Positions 28,374 to 40,431 of a stretch of 64,000 nucleotides of DNA are shown here, one piece after another (positions within the stretch are counted from its first letter, which is position 1; each line of letters opens with the position of its first letter). The notes under the pieces are model-generated. The model was given only the letters and a program-made list of their open reading frames with translations. It was not told the origin of the DNA and made no database searches. Source of the stretch: an uncultured Sutterella sp. (GTDB lineage Bacteria; Pseudomonadota; Gammaproteobacteria; Burkholderiales; Burkholderiaceae_F). The translations under genes were made by a program, and so were the position numbers. The stretch lies in contig CABMQD010000001.1 in the NCBI GenBank assembly GCA_902388655.1, positions 11,728 to 75,727 on the forward strand. Reading direction: 5' to 3'.

Positions 28374-29968
28374 TCTCCGAAAAGGTCTCGAGCAATTTTC
28401 ATCGGGCAGAATTTCGGACCGCACATCGAGCAAAAGTGCGTCTCACCTGCTCCGCTTCCGGACAATGTCTCCGAGCGCATCATTCGCGCTTTTTCAGGAT
28501 TTAACGACAACGCGTATTGATCAGTCCAGCGAAATTCAAAGCGCGCCAAACTCATAAGCGCATCCCAAAGCTGTGCGCCCGCCACACCTCTGGCAATATC
28601 GGCCGCGTGCGCGGCAATACGAAACGCGGCCATACCTTCTCGCACATCATCGGAATCCGGCAAGCCCAGGTGTTCCTTGGGTGTGACGTAGCAGAGCATG
28701 GCAGCCCCTTTGGAAGCAATTTCGGTCGCGCCAATCGCGGCCGTAATATGATCGTATCCTGCTCCGATATCGCAAACCAGCGGTCCCAGCGTATAAAACG
28801 GCGCCCCGTCGCACCAGGACGATTCAAGAAGCGCGTTTGCCTCAATCTCAGATTGCCGGATATGTCCCGGTCCTTCAATCATGACCTGGACGTCAAATTC
28901 GGCCGCTCGCCGATTCAATTCGGCAAGCGTCTTTAGTTCTGCCAATTGAGCCGCGTCGCTGCCGTCCATCACCGATCCAGGCCTCAAACCGTCTCCCAAT
29001 GACAAGGTGATGTCGTAGTGACGAGCGATTTCAAGAATCTCGTCAAAGTGTTCGTAGAGAAAATTTTCCTCTTCCTTGAGGTGCATCCACTGCGCCAAAA
29101 TGCCGCCTCCGCGGGAAACGATCCCACACAAACGATCGCGTGTCAGTTCTACATGACTGCGAAGAATGCCCGCATGAATCGTCATGTAGTCCACGCCTTG
29201 CTCCGCCTGCTGTTGCATCACACGGGCAAACAAATCCCAAGAGATCTCAGAAATATCCCCTGCGCGCTCCAACACCTCATACATGGGCACTGTTCCTACA
29301 GGCACAGGACTCTTACTGAGAATGTTTTTTCGAATCTCTGTGATATGTTTTCCAATTGACAAATCCATCACGGTATCGGCGCCATTGCGAACCGCCTCAA
29401 CCAGTTTGAAAATTTCTGTCTTCTTCCCATCGGCTCGGATGCTATCCGATGTACCGATATTGGCGTTGATTTTCGTTCGAAAGCGTTGACCGATCACCAT
29501 CGGCTGAGCTTGGGGATGCAAAAAATTAAGCGGCAGCACTGCGCGCCGGGCGGCGATTTCTTTTCGGACCGTCTCGGCGTCAATGCGCTCGCAACGGTTC
29601 AAAATCGCTTGCAACATCTTCTCCAGATGACTATTGCCGCAAGAGCGCACTTGCTCTTTGATTTGATCTAAAAACAGCCCTTCACAGACGGCCGCGTAAG
29701 CCATTTCGGCCGTAATTTCGCCTTTTTTAGCCAACGCGAGCTGCGTGGGCGAACCGGGTTTCGGTCGATGCCGTCTAAAAGAAATATTGTCTGAAAGGAA
29801 ATAAGTTGAATCGTGACGATAAACCGAAGGATTTTTCCCGCCGCCAAAAACACTCGGAGTATCTGTTTGAGGAATTCGTTTAAACGGGACTTTTTCTCCA
29901 AACTCGGTATTAAAAAACACTGTTTGTTCGGATGGAAAGGAGATGTTTTGCATGGTTGTCTCCGACAA
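28370..29968 (-). CDS. thiC: Phosphomethylpyrimidine synthase ThiC
   Basis: Radical-SAM ThiC family with a C-terminal CxxC...C cluster (CSMCGPKFC). At 532 aa it is shorter than E. coli ThiC. The start is TTG, or the internal ATG at MQNISFP. Confidence 0.85.
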   Translation of the reverse strand: MSETTMQNISFPSEQTVFFNTEFGEKVPFKRIPQTDTPSVFGGGKNPSVYRHDSTYFLSDNISFRRHRPKPGSPTQLALAKKGEITAEMAYAAVCEGLFLDQIKEQVRSCGNSHLEKMLQAILNRCERIDAETVRKEIAARRAVLPLNFLHPQAQPMVIGQRFRTKINANIGTSDSIRADGKKTEIFKLVEAVRNGADTVMDLSIGKHITEIRKNILSKSPVPVGTVPMYEVLERAGDISEISWDLFARVMQQQAEQGVDYMTIHAGILRSHVELTRDRLCGIVSRGGGILAQWMHLKEEENFLYEHFDEILEIARHYDITLSLGDGLRPGSVMDGSDAAQLAELKTLAELNRRAAEFDVQVMIEGPGHIRQSEIEANALLESSWCDGAPFYTLGPLVCDIGAGYDHITAAIGATEIASKGAAMLCYVTPKEHLGLPDSDDVREGMAAFRIAAHAADIARGVAGAQLWDALMSLARFEFRWTDQYALSLNPEKARMMRSETLSGSGAGETHFCSMCGPKFCPMKIARDLFGD

Positions 29969-29984
29969 TGAGGAGGACTTCCAA

Positions 29985-30100
29985 TGCGGTCGGCACTTTT
30001 TCTACGAAGAACGTTTCGCGCCGCAGGTATTAACCTGATCCGCTGATGGGAGTATTTCTCAACGGTCACCTTGACCGTACCTCCAACGTTTTCAAAGCCA
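29985..30100 (-). ncRNA. TPP (THI-box) riboswitch in the thiC leader
   Basis: The minus strand reads ...GGAGGUACGGUCAAGGUGACCGUUGAGAAAUACUCCCAUCAGCGGAUCAGGUUAAUACCUGCGGCG... The UGAGAAAUAC-CC core and the CAGG-UAAUACC-UGCG arm resemble the THI element. The limits are approximate. Confidence 0.5.
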
Positions 30101-30105
30101 AATGT

Positions 30106-30136
30106 AGCAAAAAGGACGGAAATTTTTCTTCCGTCC
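30106..30136 (-). terminator. Rho-independent terminator at the end of the his operon
   Basis: GGACGGAA-gaaaaau-UUCCGUCC followed by UUUUUG on the minus strand, directly after the hisIE stop. Confidence 0.7.
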
Positions 30137-30145
30137 CTCTCAAAT

Positions 30146-30808
30146 TTAAGCGTTCTTTTCTTTCTTTTCGTGCCGCAATTTCAAGTTCTCTGCGATGGCA
30201 GACAAATTAAGATTTTCCTGTTGTAAAAGAACCAGTAAGTGATAGAGCAAGTCCGAAGCTTCATCAATCGTTTCCTGCCGATTGTGAACAGTCGCCGCCA
30301 ACGCGGTTTCCACCGCCTCTTCACCCACTTTCTGCGCGATTCGCTTGGTGCCCTTTGCGTAAAGGGAGGCCGTGTAGGAACTATCGGGTGAGGCTTTTTT
30401 CCTCTCTGAGAGGATTTTTTCCAACTGGGCAATAAACTCAAGCGAGGGCGCCAAGTCACCAAAACAGCTCTCGCGCCCCAAGTGGCAGGTGGAACCTTGA
30501 GGATCGGCCAAAATTAAAAGGCTGTCGTTATCACAATCGGTGGCGATATCCACCAAATTTAAAAAGTGACCGGACGTCTCCCCTTTGGTCCAAAGTCTAT
30601 TTTTAGATCGCGACCAAAAAGTTACCTGCTTTGTTTGTAGTGTTTTTTGCAGTGCTTCACGGTTCATATAACCCAACATGAGCACTCGTCCTGAGACCGC
30701 ATTTTGAATGACAACCGGCATCAAACCGCCCGCTTTGTCAAAATCCAATTGATTCATTTCTTCTTTACTGAGCATTTCCAACCACTCCCTGCGCCGGTCG
30801 CATTTCAA
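30146..30808 (-). CDS. hisI: Bifunctional phosphoribosyl-AMP cyclohydrolase / phosphoribosyl-ATP pyrophosphatase
   Basis: Strong similarity to E. coli HisIE (GLMPVVIQ...VLMLGYMN ... [19 protein letters not shown]). The start is ambiguous, at 30808 or 30775. Overlaps the end of hisF. Confidence 0.85.
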   Translation of the reverse strand: MKCDRRREWLEMLSKEEMNQLDFDKAGGLMPVVIQNAVSGRVLMLGYMNREALQKTLQTKQVTFWSRSKNRLWTKGETSGHFLNLVDIATDCDNDSLLILADPQGSTCHLGRESCFGDLAPSLEFIAQLEKILSERKKASPDSSYTASLYAKGTKRIAQKVGEEAVETALAATVHNRQETIDEASDLLYHLLVLLQQENLNLSAIAENLKLRHEKKEKNA

Positions 30809-31565
30809 TTCCCTGATCGATGAGCCAGGTCTTTAATTGAGCAATCGACAATATTTTTTTGTGAAAAACCGAAGCGGCAAGCGCTCCGTCAACTTTTGCA
30901 TCACGAAAAGCTTCTAAAAAATGTTCCCGGATCCCCGCTCCGCCGGAAGCGATGAGAGGCACACGACAAATTTCACGAACCTTTTGCAACTGTTCAATAT
31001 CGTATCCGCGTCGCACCCCGTCTTGATTCATCATGTTAAGGACAATCTCTCCGGCCCCCAGAGATTGAACCTCCTTGACCCAATCGAGTGTTCTCCACAG
31101 CGTTCGGCGGGTTTTCTTTTCGTCTCCCGTGAACTGATTGACCCAATAGCAGCCTGTTTCGTCGTCATACCAAGAGTCAATCCCCACAACAACACACTGC
31201 ACACCAAACTCTTGAGCCAATCGCGTTATCAAAGATGGATCGCTGAGTGCTGGGGAATTCACTGAGATTTTGTCCGCCCCCTTGGAGAGCACCCGCGCCG
31301 CCTCTTCAACACTGCGGATCCCGCCCGCCACGGCAAACGGAATATCAATGACTTCAGCCACTCGTTGAACCCAATCTTTGGAAACCGTGCGACCGTCGGA
31401 AGAGGCCGTGATATCGTAGAAAACCAACTCATCGGCCCCCTCATCACAGTAGCGACGAGCCAGAGTCAAAATATCGCCCATCACCTCATGATTTCTGAAC
31501 CTCACGCCTTTGACAACCTGCCCCTCTTTAACATCTAGACAAGGGATGATGCGTTTAGCCAACAT
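30765..31565 (-). CDS. hisF: Imidazole glycerol phosphate synthase cyclase subunit
   Basis: HisF TIM-barrel sequence ([10 protein letters not shown]...). Confidence 0.9.
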   Translation of the reverse strand: MLAKRIIPCLDVKEGQVVKGVRFRNHEVMGDILTLARRYCDEGADELVFYDITASSDGRTVSKDWVQRVAEVIDIPFAVAGGIRSVEEAARVLSKGADKISVNSPALSDPSLITRLAQEFGVQCVVVGIDSWYDDETGCYWVNQFTGDEKKTRRTLWRTLDWVKEVQSLGAGEIVLNMMNQDGVRRGYDIEQLQKVREICRVPLIASGGAGIREHFLEAFRDAKVDGALAASVFHKKILSIAQLKTWLIDQGIEMRPAQGVVGNAQ

Positions 31566-32302
31566 TCAATGGCCTCCTTAACCGTAAATTTTTCTTCCAA
31601 TAAAGCTCGCCCGATGATGACGCCATCGACTCCCGAAGGCGCCAAAGTCCGGATGTCATCTAGAGAGCCGATGCCACCGGAGGCCTGCACGTAAAGATCA
31701 GGATAGAGATCGGTCAGTTTTCGGTAAAGCGCAACATTGGTTCCCTTCAAAAGACCGTCTTTACTGACATCAGTGCATAACACATGCCTTAATCCGCACT
31801 CGCGATAGATCTTGATCGTATCTTCGACGGTAAGCTGCGATTGTTCTTTCCAAGCGTGCGTCGCAACCATTGCCCGCCCCAGATCATCAATTCGGCAATC
31901 CAATGCCAACACCAAATGATCGCCGCCGAATGTCTTAAACCACTCTTTGACCGTCTTAGGATCCTTCACCGCTAAAGAGCCTAAGATGACGCGAGCGACG
32001 CCGACCTCCAGAAGCGATCGCACATCATCTTCACATCGAACACCGCCCCCCGTCTGCACGGGCACATTCAATTGTCGGACAAGTGCCGAGATTAACTCCG
32101 TCTGACGCAAAGACGGATCGCGGGCACCGTCCAAATCCACAATATGAAGCCTCCTAGCGCCATCTTTCACATAACGGGAAAGTTGCTCCAGAGGATTGAC
32201 CGAATATTGTGTTTGACGCGCATAGTCCCCTTGCTGAAGACGAACCACGGAGCCCGAAATCAGATCAACCGAAGCAATAATCGCATCAGCCCCTTTCATC
32301 AC
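31535..32302 (-). CDS. hisA: ProFAR isomerase
   Basis: HisA sequence ([20 protein letters not shown]...). Confidence 0.9.
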   Translation of the reverse strand: MMKGADAIIASVDLISGSVVRLQQGDYARQTQYSVNPLEQLSRYVKDGARRLHIVDLDGARDPSLRQTELISALVRQLNVPVQTGGGVRCEDDVRSLLEVGVARVILGSLAVKDPKTVKEWFKTFGGDHLVLALDCRIDDLGRAMVATHAWKEQSQLTVEDTIKIYRECGLRHVLCTDVSKDGLLKGTNVALYRKLTDLYPDLYVQASGGIGSLDDIRTLAPSGVDGVIIGRALLEEKFTVKEAIECWLNASSLV

Positions 32303-32900
32303 AGACCTCTATGAAATTTCTCAATAACCTTGCCCCCGTCGCTCCCGAGCGCTCCGGATGAAACTGCACGCCCCAAAAGTTTTTGTATCGGACTGCCGAC
32401 GAAAAACTGCTCCCATAATTTGTCGTCGCGATGGTGCAGTCGTTGACCGCGTAGGCGTAGCTATGAACAAAATAAAAGTATTCCCCTTCCAAGCTGTCTA
32501 ATCCCTCAAAGAGAGGATCCTTCACTGAAACCCTGGCCTGATTCCAACCCATGTGAGGCAGAGTCAAATTACCGACTTGCAGCTTTTCGACTTTGTGCGG
32601 TATGACACCGAGCATTTTCACGCCGCCCGTTTCACTGCTCTCAGAACCCAAAAGCTGCATACCGAGACAAATCCCCAGAACCGGACAACGCGCCTGAAGA
32701 ATGCACGCACTCAATCCTCTTTGCTGCAACGCCCGCATAGCGGCTTGCGCAGTTCCGACTCCGGGCAAAAATAACCGTGAGGCGCCCGCGGCTTCTGAAG
32801 CTTCAGAAGTCACGATCGGCTCAATTCCTAAACGTCTGACCGCGGAAAGCAACGAAGTCAGATTGCAGCAGCCCGTATCCAAAATCACGACCTTTTTCAT
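32286..32900 (-). CDS. hisH: Imidazole glycerol phosphate synthase glutamine amidotransferase subunit
   Basis: Class-I GATase with a conserved Cys (GICLGMQLL) and His. 204 aa. Confidence 0.9.
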   Translation of the reverse strand: MKKVVILDTGCCNLTSLLSAVRRLGIEPIVTSEASEAAGASRLFLPGVGTAQAAMRALQQRGLSACILQARCPVLGICLGMQLLGSESSETGGVKMLGVIPHKVEKLQVGNLTLPHMGWNQARVSVKDPLFEGLDSLEGEYFYFVHSYAYAVNDCTIATTNYGSSFSSAVRYKNFWGVQFHPERSGATGARLLRNFIEVCDERG

Positions 32901-33973
32901 TGGAGCACTCCTTTTGAAGAGGCGAGAGTGTTACCTTTGACCGCAATCGCCTCTCTGAGCGCGCGAGCAAAAACCTTAAAGAGACTTTCGGCGCGATGGT
33001 GATCATTGGCGCCCTCGGTTTTCAGGTGAAGCGTGCAGCCCAACGTTTGCGATAACGAGCGGAAGAAGTGCTCAATCATCTCCGTTGACATATCGCCAAC
33101 CTTTTGATACTTGAATTGAGCGCTATAAACCAAATAGGGGCGATTGGAGAGATCGAGCGCACACTGCGCCAAACACTCATCCATCGGCAGCACGAAGCCA
33201 AACCGACCGATTCCTCTTTTATCACCCAATGCTTTTTTCAAGGCCTCGCCCAACACCAAGCCGACATCTTCAATGGTGTGATGATCGTCAACCCGCAAAT
33301 CCCCATCGGCGAGAATTTTTAAACGAATTCCGGCATGGGTGGCAATTTGATCGAGCATGTGGTCGAAAAAACCGATTCCGGTATGAATGTCACTCGAACC
33401 GAAATCATCCAAATCCACTTCAACACGGATTTTTGTCTCTTTAGTGACTCTTTCAACAAGAGCGCGGCGAGCGCGTTTCATGAGGAGAATTTTTCGGGCG
33501 ATTTCATCCCAACCCAATGTTTTTTCGTTGTAAAGAAACGCTTTTAAACCCATGTTTTTTGCGAGTTCCGCGTCTGTCGGCCGATCACCGATAACAAACG
33601 AATTCTCACTATCGATTCGACCGAACTCCAGATACGCCTTCACCAAACCGATTTTCGGTTTTCGACATTCACACTGATCCTCGGGTTTATGCGGACAAAT
33701 AAGAATTTCTTGAAAAGAAATACCTTGGCTTTCCAAAATCTGCAGAAGTAAATTCTGAGGACCCTCAAAGTCTTTGAGCGGGAAACTCTCCGTGCCTAAC
33801 CCATCTTGATTAGACACCATGACAAATGTCCACCCCGCCTCACGCAGTTTTTGAAGCGCGGCGATGCAACCGGGCTGAAGACGGAATTTTTCAAATCGAT
33901 CAATCTGAAAATCATCCGGCTCAGCTATGAGAGTCCCATCTCGGTCAATAAACAAAATTTTTTGGCCGCTCAT
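32897..33973 (-). CDS. hisB: Bifunctional histidinol-phosphatase / imidazoleglycerol-phosphate dehydratase
   Basis: 358 aa. The N-terminal HAD phosphatase domain ([11 protein letters not shown]) is fused to IGPD. This is the enteric-type bifunctional HisB. Confidence 0.9.
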   Translation of the reverse strand: MSGQKILFIDRDGTLIAEPDDFQIDRFEKFRLQPGCIAALQKLREAGWTFVMVSNQDGLGTESFPLKDFEGPQNLLLQILESQGISFQEILICPHKPEDQCECRKPKIGLVKAYLEFGRIDSENSFVIGDRPTDAELAKNMGLKAFLYNEKTLGWDEIARKILLMKRARRALVERVTKETKIRVEVDLDDFGSSDIHTGIGFFDHMLDQIATHAGIRLKILADGDLRVDDHHTIEDVGLVLGEALKKALGDKRGIGRFGFVLPMDECLAQCALDLSNRPYLVYSAQFKYQKVGDMSTEMIEHFFRSLSQTLGCTLHLKTEGANDHHRAESLFKVFARALREAIAVKGNTLASSKGVLQ

Positions 33974-35043
33974 CGTCTAGCCTCCTTCAATATTGCCGTG
34001 AGTTTGCGGACAAAAGTCCGACACTCTTCGAGTGTTCCCACAGATACCCGAAGAGTATTGTCACCGGTACCGGGCTCTCTGATTGCCACGCCTTTGAGCC
34101 ACAATTTTTGGTAGATATCGTGCGCATTGTCGAGCTCAAAGAGCACAAAATTTGTTTTTGTTTGAAACACCGAATTCACGGCCTTCAGTTTTCGCAACTC
34201 TCCGATCAAATAGTCTCGATTTTCAGCAATCACTTGAACTCGTTGCTTCATCGCGGCAATGCCGCCATTTGAGAGCGAATGCTCAGCAATGATCGCGACA
34301 GGCTCCGGAATCGGATAGGGCGCGATGACTTTGCGAAGCACATCAATAATTTCGCGATTGGCCAAAATCATGCCGCAGCGCAATCCCGCCAATGCAAAAG
34401 CTTTGGAGAGCGTGCGAACTAGCGCCAGATTCGTGTACTGATTCAAAAGATCGGCAACCGACTCTTCTGGACAGAATTCAATGTAAGCCTCATCGACCAC
34501 CACAATCGCATCTTTTGCTGCCAACAAAACCTTTTCAACCATGCCTTTCGAGACCACTTCGCCCGTCGGATTATTGGGTCTGCATAAAAAGACAATCTTG
34601 ACGTTCTGAGTGTCCTCTTTAAGAACAGAACACAAGCGGGTAATGTCCAACTGCAAATTCTTTTTTGAGGCGACCTCTATGACATGAACACCGCACGTTT
34701 TCGCACTGATGGCGTACATACTGTAAGTAGGCGCGGCGTAAAGCACTGCGTCTTTAAACGGCGTGCAAAAAGTTCGGATCAAAAGCTCAATGGCCTCATC
34801 GCCTCCCCGAGTCACGAGAACCTCTTCGGGCTTAACACCGGCATAGTCCGCATAGCGCCTAATGAAAGCCTGGGGCTGCACCTCGGGGTAACGGTTTAAC
34901 GTTTCAAACCGCATTTCAAATTTCGTCGCTATCGGATATTCATTGGTATTGAGCCAAATCATTGCCTCGGGCGCATTGTCCGTCGGAGAGGCATAGGGTT
35001 CTAACCTTTTTATAAAGTCCGGCACCAAGTCTTTGGGATTCAT
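33970..35043 (-). CDS. hisC: Histidinol-phosphate aminotransferase
   Basis: PLP class-II aminotransferase with the HisC pattern. 357 aa. Confidence 0.9.
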   Translation of the reverse strand: MNPKDLVPDFIKRLEPYASPTDNAPEAMIWLNTNEYPIATKFEMRFETLNRYPEVQPQAFIRRYADYAGVKPEEVLVTRGGDEAIELLIRTFCTPFKDAVLYAAPTYSMYAISAKTCGVHVIEVASKKNLQLDITRLCSVLKEDTQNVKIVFLCRPNNPTGEVVSKGMVEKVLLAAKDAIVVVDEAYIEFCPEESVADLLNQYTNLALVRTLSKAFALAGLRCGMILANREIIDVLRKVIAPYPIPEPVAIIAEHSLSNGGIAAMKQRVQVIAENRDYLIGELRKLKAVNSVFQTKTNFVLFELDNAHDIYQKLWLKGVAIREPGTGDNTLRVSVGTLEECRTFVRKLTAILKEARR

Positions 35044-36347
35044 GATGATTTTCCTTGCAGTGCTGCCAGTCGGATGGATGCCGCGCGTTTGTGCGCCTGA
35101 AGTTTTTCGGCTTGCGCCAATTTCTCAACCGCAGGCCCCAACACTCTCAGTCCTTCGGGGCTGACCTCCTGAATCGTCATGCGGCGTTCAAAGTCCGCCA
35201 ACCCTAAACTGGAGTATGTCTTCGCGTAACCGTAAGTGGGCAGGACGTGATTGGTTCCCGACGCGTAATCCCCCGCACTTTCCGTTGACCAATCACCCAA
35301 AAACACAGAGCCCGCGTTTCGCACTTCACGGACTAATTCACGAGCATTTCGGGTCTCCAAAATCAAGTGTTCCGGCGCGTAACGATTGGAAATTTCCACA
35401 CAGGTTGCAAGATCTTTAGCCACGATGAGCCGACTCATCGACAATGCGACTTCGGCAATCGCTTTACGGGGCAGCGTTTGAAGTTGTCGATCCACTTCAA
35501 GGGAAACCGTTGCCGCGAAATCGGCATCGGGCGTCACCAGAACCACTTGAGAGTCTTTTCCGTGCTCAGCCTGAGACAGAAGGTCCGCCGCCACAAAAGC
35601 GGGATTGGCTCCAGAGTCGGCAATAACGAGGACTTCCGAGGGGCCTGCCGGCATATCAATGGCGGCGCCGTCCGCGCATTCACTCACCAGGCGTTTAGCT
35701 TGCGTAACAAAGGCGTTACCGGGGCCGAAGATTTTCAACACCTTCGGCACCGACTCCGTGCCGAAAGCCATGGCGGCAATCGCCTGGGCGCCCCCTGATT
35801 GATAGATTTCCGTCACACCGCAAAGCTTGGCCGCGTACAAAATTTCATCGGCAATCTTGGGCGGCGACATCAAAATGACTTTTCTGCAGCCGGCGATTTT
35901 GGCAGGAACGGCCAGCATCATCACCGTGGAAAAGAGCGGAGCCGTGCCCCCCGGCACGTACAAGCCCACCGAATCAATCGCATGCGTGACCTGCCGGCAA
36001 GTAACCCCCGGCATCGTCTCCACCGTCACAGGAGTCTGTTTCTGAGCGCTATGAAAAGCTTCAATATTTTTTACGGCAAGCCGCATCGCCTCTTTAATCT
36101 CATCGGACAAGCGCTCCTCAGCCGCTTCAATTTCTTTTTCGTCGACTCGAATAGCTTGAAGCGCTGTTTTATCAAACTTGGCCGCGTAGTCACGCAAAGC
36201 TTCATCACCGCGCTTTCTCACATCCGCGACAATCGCGTCCACCGTTTTAGCGATATCCGAACCCGCCAACACAGCCGGACGCATCAACAGATCCGTTTGC
36301 TCTTGATCCGTGAGCGATTCCCATACGATCGGTTTTAAAACAGACAT
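35040..36347 (-). CDS. hisD: Histidinol dehydrogenase
   Basis: 435 aa. HisD sequence with Zn-binding residues. Confidence 0.9.
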   Translation of the reverse strand: MSVLKPIVWESLTDQEQTDLLMRPAVLAGSDIAKTVDAIVADVRKRGDEALRDYAAKFDKTALQAIRVDEKEIEAAEERLSDEIKEAMRLAVKNIEAFHSAQKQTPVTVETMPGVTCRQVTHAIDSVGLYVPGGTAPLFSTVMMLAVPAKIAGCRKVILMSPPKIADEILYAAKLCGVTEIYQSGGAQAIAAMAFGTESVPKVLKIFGPGNAFVTQAKRLVSECADGAAIDMPAGPSEVLVIADSGANPAFVAADLLSQAEHGKDSQVVLVTPDADFAATVSLEVDRQLQTLPRKAIAEVALSMSRLIVAKDLATCVEISNRYAPEHLILETRNARELVREVRNAGSVFLGDWSTESAGDYASGTNHVLPTYGYAKTYSSLGLADFERRMTIQEVSPEGLRVLGPAVEKLAQAEKLQAHKRAASIRLAALQGKSS

Positions 36348-36363
36348 TGTCCACTCTCCTCGT

Positions 36364-37263
36364 TTACTTCAGCATCTTTTCAATCGGCAGAACCAAAATC
36401 GAACTGGCCCCCAGCGCCTTGAGTTTTTCCATCGTTTCCCAAAAGAGGGTTTCTCGGCTGACCATGTGCATCACAATCTTTGAGTCATCGTCGGCCATCG
36501 GCAACAGCGTCGGGTGTTCGGCGCCGGGCAAGAGTTTCACCACCTCTTCGATTTTGTCCTTGGGAGCGTGAAGCATGATGTATTTGGAACCGCGCGCTTC
36601 CAGAATTCCATCGATGCGAGCCAAGAGCATATCCATGAGAGCGCGCTTGTCGGCTGAAAATTCACCGGTGCGCTCAATCAGACAAGCCTTGGAGCGAAAA
36701 ACGGTTTGCACTTCTTTGAGTCCGTTGGCTTCCAGTGTGGCGCCCGTGGAAATCTGATCACAAATCGCATCAGCCAGTCCCGCCCGAGGGGCGATTTCAA
36801 CAGAGCCCGTTAAAAAACACGATTTGAAATCCACGCCCTGCTCACGCATCCAACGTCTTAAAAGATTGGGAAAAGTGGTGGCGATACGAAGCCCGCGCAA
36901 ATCCTCCGGTCCCCTCCAGGGCTTATCGACCGCTATGGCGATCCCCAAACGGCACTCGGCAAAATCCAGGCGGCGCCTGACTGTATAAGAAGCGTCATTG
37001 CCGAGAGCCTGACGAGACAACTTCATCTCTTCAAGCACCCCTTCTCCGACAATGCCCATATCCACCGTGCCATCCATTACCAAACCGGGAATGTCATCAT
37101 CGCGCACCAGAAGCACTTCCACCGGGAAGTTTTCTGCAATGGCGATAAGACGCTGAGCGCGAACACGAACCCGCAGGCCCGCCTGCTCAAGCAAATCAAA
37201 TGAATCTTCAGACAAACGCCCCGACTTTTGAAGCGCAATGCGTAAACGAGAATTTTCAGACAT
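36364..37263 (-). CDS. hisG: ATP phosphoribosyltransferase (long form)
   Basis: Very close to E. coli HisG as recalled ([18 protein letters not shown]...). The start is set at MSENSRL (ATG 37263), which has an AAAGGA RBS. Confidence 0.9.
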   Translation of the reverse strand: MSENSRLRIALQKSGRLSEDSFDLLEQAGLRVRVRAQRLIAIAENFPVEVLLVRDDDIPGLVMDGTVDMGIVGEGVLEEMKLSRQALGNDASYTVRRRLDFAECRLGIAIAVDKPWRGPEDLRGLRIATTFPNLLRRWMREQGVDFKSCFLTGSVEIAPRAGLADAICDQISTGATLEANGLKEVQTVFRSKACLIERTGEFSADKRALMDMLLARIDGILEARGSKYIMLHAPKDKIEEVVKLLPGAEHPTLLPMADDDSKIVMHMVSRETLFWETMEKLKALGASSILVLPIEKMLK

Positions 37264-37321
37264 CGTTTTTCCTTTCAATGAATTTATTCATCGACCTTGA
37301 CGCCGGAAAAACGAGGAAGAT

Positions 37322-37352
37322 ACGAAAAACCCCCGGAATTCTTTCGGGGGCC
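37322..37352 (-). terminator. his operon attenuator terminator hairpin
   Basis: GGCCCCCGAAAGAAUUCCGGGGG followed by UUUUUCG, about 60 nt upstream of the hisG ATG on the minus strand. Confidence 0.6.
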
Positions 37353-37434
37353 TGCTCATTTTATGATCGGATTTTCTTGTTGCCACCGAAAGAATCTTTT
37401 CGTCTTCCGGCGCAAGCCAATCATTCGCCAGAGA

Positions 37435-37482
37435 CTACTCAAGCGAATGCTGATGGCTAAGGGCAACAAACAAATGTCTCAT
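37435..37482 (-). CDS. Candidate his leader peptide MRHLFVALSHQHSLE (atypical, only 3 His)
   Basis: 15-codon ORF with a TAAGGA RBS 7 nt upstream. It lies about 85 nt upstream of the attenuator hairpin. It contains His codons but no His run. Confidence 0.3.
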   Translation of the reverse strand: MRHLFVALSHQHSLE

Positions 37483-37808
37483 AAAAAATCCTTAATGATC
37501 GGTTTTTATTTTGACACCTTTATCCGGCCTCTGCCTACGTAAAAGAACGTATGGTTTGAAAATTTTTTCAAAATAGGATGCGCTGACGAATGTAAAGCTA
37601 ACCCCATTTCTCTCAGAAAGTCAATAAGGGATAGATTCTTATTTTCTTCCAATAATTTTTTATTAAACTTGGTATCAATGCAGCATTTTTGTTGCAGAGG
37701 AAGCACCTGGTGTTCCCTTTAATTTCAAATGTGTTCTGCGGCGCTGCTGCCCCCGGAACGCATTGGTGATTTTCTTTTGAAACGTTCTTCTCTTTAGTGG
37801 AGATTTAA

Positions 37809-39185
37809 ATGGTTGGTGTCATTGTTACGCTATTGGTGATCGCCGCGGTTGCCTATTGCGTACTGAAAAACTATTACCCGCCTATCATCCTGCTTTTAGC
37901 CGGTATTGTGATGCTCATTTGCGCATCCATGATGGGTGTGATGCCTGTGGCCGATGCAAAGTCTACTCATTTCCTTGGGTTTGACTATGCGCAGGCCTTC
38001 CAACAATTAATGTCAGGCCGCCTCCCGGGCTTGGGTCTGAACATCATGTTGATCGCAGGCTTTTCTTTCTATATGGATAAGATCGGCGCATCCAAGGCTC
38101 TCGTGAAATTGTGCGTCAAGCCCTTGTCTGCAATCCGTTCTCCGTACGTCCTGTTGGCTGTCACGTATGTGGTCGGTCAATTCATGGCGCTCTTTATCAA
38201 TAGCGCGGTCGGCTTAGGCCTGCTGTTGATGGCGAGCGTCTACCCGCTTTTGGTGGCTTTGGGCGTGTCCCGCGCATCGGCCGCTGCCGTGATCGGTTCG
38301 ACCTGCTGCTTGGACTTGGGCCCGTCCTCCTCGAACGCTATGCGCGCTGCCGACTTGCTGCAAACTGACGTTGTGAGCTACTTTGTGCAAAGCCAAATTC
38401 CAGTCGCCATTTGCGTGATCGCTACAGTTGCCATCGGTCACTTCTTCGTTCAACGTTGGTTTGACCGTAAAGACAAAGTTCACGAGGCGGCCGGTGTCGG
38501 CAAAGCGGATGCCAAAGACCTTGAAAAAGCCTTTGAAGGCGCGGGTCCCGCTTTCTACGCGATCCTGCCGATGCTTCCGCTCGTGCTTTTGATCATCTTC
38601 TCGCCGATGGTTTACGCCGAAGTGAAGCTTTCTTTGCAAACCGGCATCATCGTGTCGCTTTTGATCGCCTTTGTGATTGACTTCATCACGCATCGCCGCT
38701 TCAAGGAAGCCTGCCAACGCTCGCAAGCCATCTTTGAAGGCATGGGTAAGGTCTTCACCTCCACCGTGGCTTTGATCTGCTGCGCCGAATTGTTCGCCTT
38801 AGGTATGAACAAGATGGGCGGCATCACCACGTTGATTTCCGCCGCCGCTTCCATGGAAAGCGCTGGTGTTTGGGTGATGCTCTTTGTGATGCTCGCCATC
38901 ATGGTGATCGCTACGATTGTGACGGGTTCCGGCAACGCCGCGTTCTTTGCCTTCTCGCCGCTGCTTCCTGAAGCGGCCGCCAGTGTTGGCATTAACGCCG
39001 CTGTGTTGGCCGTTCCGGTGCAATTGTCCGCCGGTATCGCCCGTACGATGTGCCCGATCGCTGGTGTCATCATCGCCGTGGCCGGTATCGCCGGGTTAAC
39101 ACCGTTTGAAATCGTCCGCCGTACGTTCCCGGTCATGCTGATGGCATTAATCGTGAACGTGGCTGCTTCGGCAATTTTCCTCTAA
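37809..39185 (+). CDS. dcuC: Anaerobic C4-dicarboxylate transporter DcuC family
   Basis: 458 aa polytopic membrane protein with DcuC-like length and sequence. Confidence 0.7.
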   Translation: MVGVIVTLLVIAAVAYCVLKNYYPPIILLLAGIVMLICASMMGVMPVADAKSTHFLGFDYAQAFQQLMSGRLPGLGLNIMLIAGFSFYMDKIGASKALVKLCVKPLSAIRSPYVLLAVTYVVGQFMALFINSAVGLGLLLMASVYPLLVALGVSRASAAAVIGSTCCLDLGPSSSNAMRAADLLQTDVVSYFVQSQIPVAICVIATVAIGHFFVQRWFDRKDKVHEAAGVGKADAKDLEKAFEGAGPAFYAILPMLPLVLLIIFSPMVYAEVKLSLQTGIIVSLLIAFVIDFITHRRFKEACQRSQAIFEGMGKVFTSTVALICCAELFALGMNKMGGITTLISAAASMESAGVWVMLFVMLAIMVIATIVTGSGNAAFFAFSPLLPEAAASVGINAAVLAVPVQLSAGIARTMCPIAGVIIAVAGIAGLTPFEIVRRTFPVMLMALIVNVAASAIFL

Positions 39186-39209
39186 TCGTTTAGTCAAAGA
39201 GGTATTCTC

Positions 39210-40355
39210 ATGGCTCTTTTAATTAAAAATGCTCACGTCTTCGCCCCGAAGGATCTGGGCGTGCAGGATGTATTGATGGTGGCTGAAAAAGTGGTCGCCG
39301 TCGGCAAAGACCTCCCCAGCACATTGCCGGACACGGAAGTGATTGACGCCAAGGGCCAAATCATGACCCCGGGTTTCTTCGACCAACACATCCACGTCAC
39401 CGGCGGTGGCGGTGAAGGTGGCACGGTCACCCGTACGCCCGAAATCATGCTCTCGGAATTGGTCGCTTGCGGCACCACGAGTGTGGTCGGCGTCTCCGGC
39501 ACCGACTTCGTCACCCGTTCCATCGAAAACCTGTTGGCCAAGGTCCGCGCCTTGAAGTCTGAAGGGGTGTCTGCCTGGATGTACACCTCCAACTACAGAT
39601 ATCCGCCGACAACCATGTCGGGTTCCGTCGCTCAGGACCTCTTCCTTGTGCCGGAATGCTTGGGCGTGAAGATCGCTTTGGGCGACCATCGCTCCTCCTT
39701 CCCGACGACTCAGGAAGTTTTGGCCCTGTTGGCTGAAATCCGCGTGGGCGGCATGATCGCCGGCAAAACCGGGTTCCTGCACATTCACTCGGGCAACATC
39801 CCCGGCAGCTTCGACATGTACAAGGAAATCGTCTCCCGCGGCTTCCCGATCAAGCACATCCGTCCGACGCACTGCGGCCGTATCCGTCACGTCTTTGACG
39901 CCGCGGTTGAATTTGCCAAGGCGGGCGGCTACATCGACATCACCACGGGTGCAAGCTGCGCCTTTGACAATCCGGCCATTGCCGTCATGATGGCTTTGGA
40001 TGCCGGAGTTGATCCGACTCACATCACTTTGTCTACAGACGGTCACGGCTCCGTGCCGCGCTTCAATGACAAGGGGGAAATGGTCGGCCTGGGCGTGGGC
40101 GGTGTTTCCGGCAACCTCACCGAAGTTAAGCGCTTGATTTCTGAATACAAGATGCCGATCGAAAAAGCAATCAGCTTTATTTCGTCGAACGTCGGCAAGG
40201 CGCTTGATCTCCCGGGTCAAGGCGTTATCGAAGTGGGCGCCTGCGCCAATGCCTGTCTCTTTAACGATGCCATGGAACTGACCACGGTCGTTTCTCGCAA
40301 CCGCGTGATGATGCGCGGCGGTGAAATTGTTCAAAAGGGTACTTTTGAATACTAA
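39210..40355 (+). CDS. iadA: Isoaspartyl dipeptidase
   Basis: Matches E. coli IadA as recalled (PGFIDQHVHLIGGGGEAG.TTRTPE..LS ... SDGNGS). Confidence 0.85.
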   Translation: MALLIKNAHVFAPKDLGVQDVLMVAEKVVAVGKDLPSTLPDTEVIDAKGQIMTPGFFDQHIHVTGGGGEGGTVTRTPEIMLSELVACGTTSVVGVSGTDFVTRSIENLLAKVRALKSEGVSAWMYTSNYRYPPTTMSGSVAQDLFLVPECLGVKIALGDHRSSFPTTQEVLALLAEIRVGGMIAGKTGFLHIHSGNIPGSFDMYKEIVSRGFPIKHIRPTHCGRIRHVFDAAVEFAKAGGYIDITTGASCAFDNPAIAVMMALDAGVDPTHITLSTDGHGSVPRFNDKGEMVGLGVGGVSGNLTEVKRLISEYKMPIEKAISFISSNVGKALDLPGQGVIEVGACANACLFNDAMELTTVVSRNRVMMRGGEIVQKGTFEY

Positions 40356-40431
40356 TTGACCGAATGCCTGTGCCGGGATTAAATTCTCGGCACAGGAACT
40401 TCTCTCCAAATATTCTTTTGGGAACCAACAA

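Noticed and set aside
30000-30060. Plus-strand sequence AACCUGAUCCGCUGAUGGGAG resembling the TPP riboswitch 3' arm in the plus orientation
   Set aside because: No plus-strand gene follows. The complete THI-box core reads coherently on the minus strand upstream of thiC, so the plus-strand resemblance is the reverse-complement pseudo-symmetry of the P4/P5 region.
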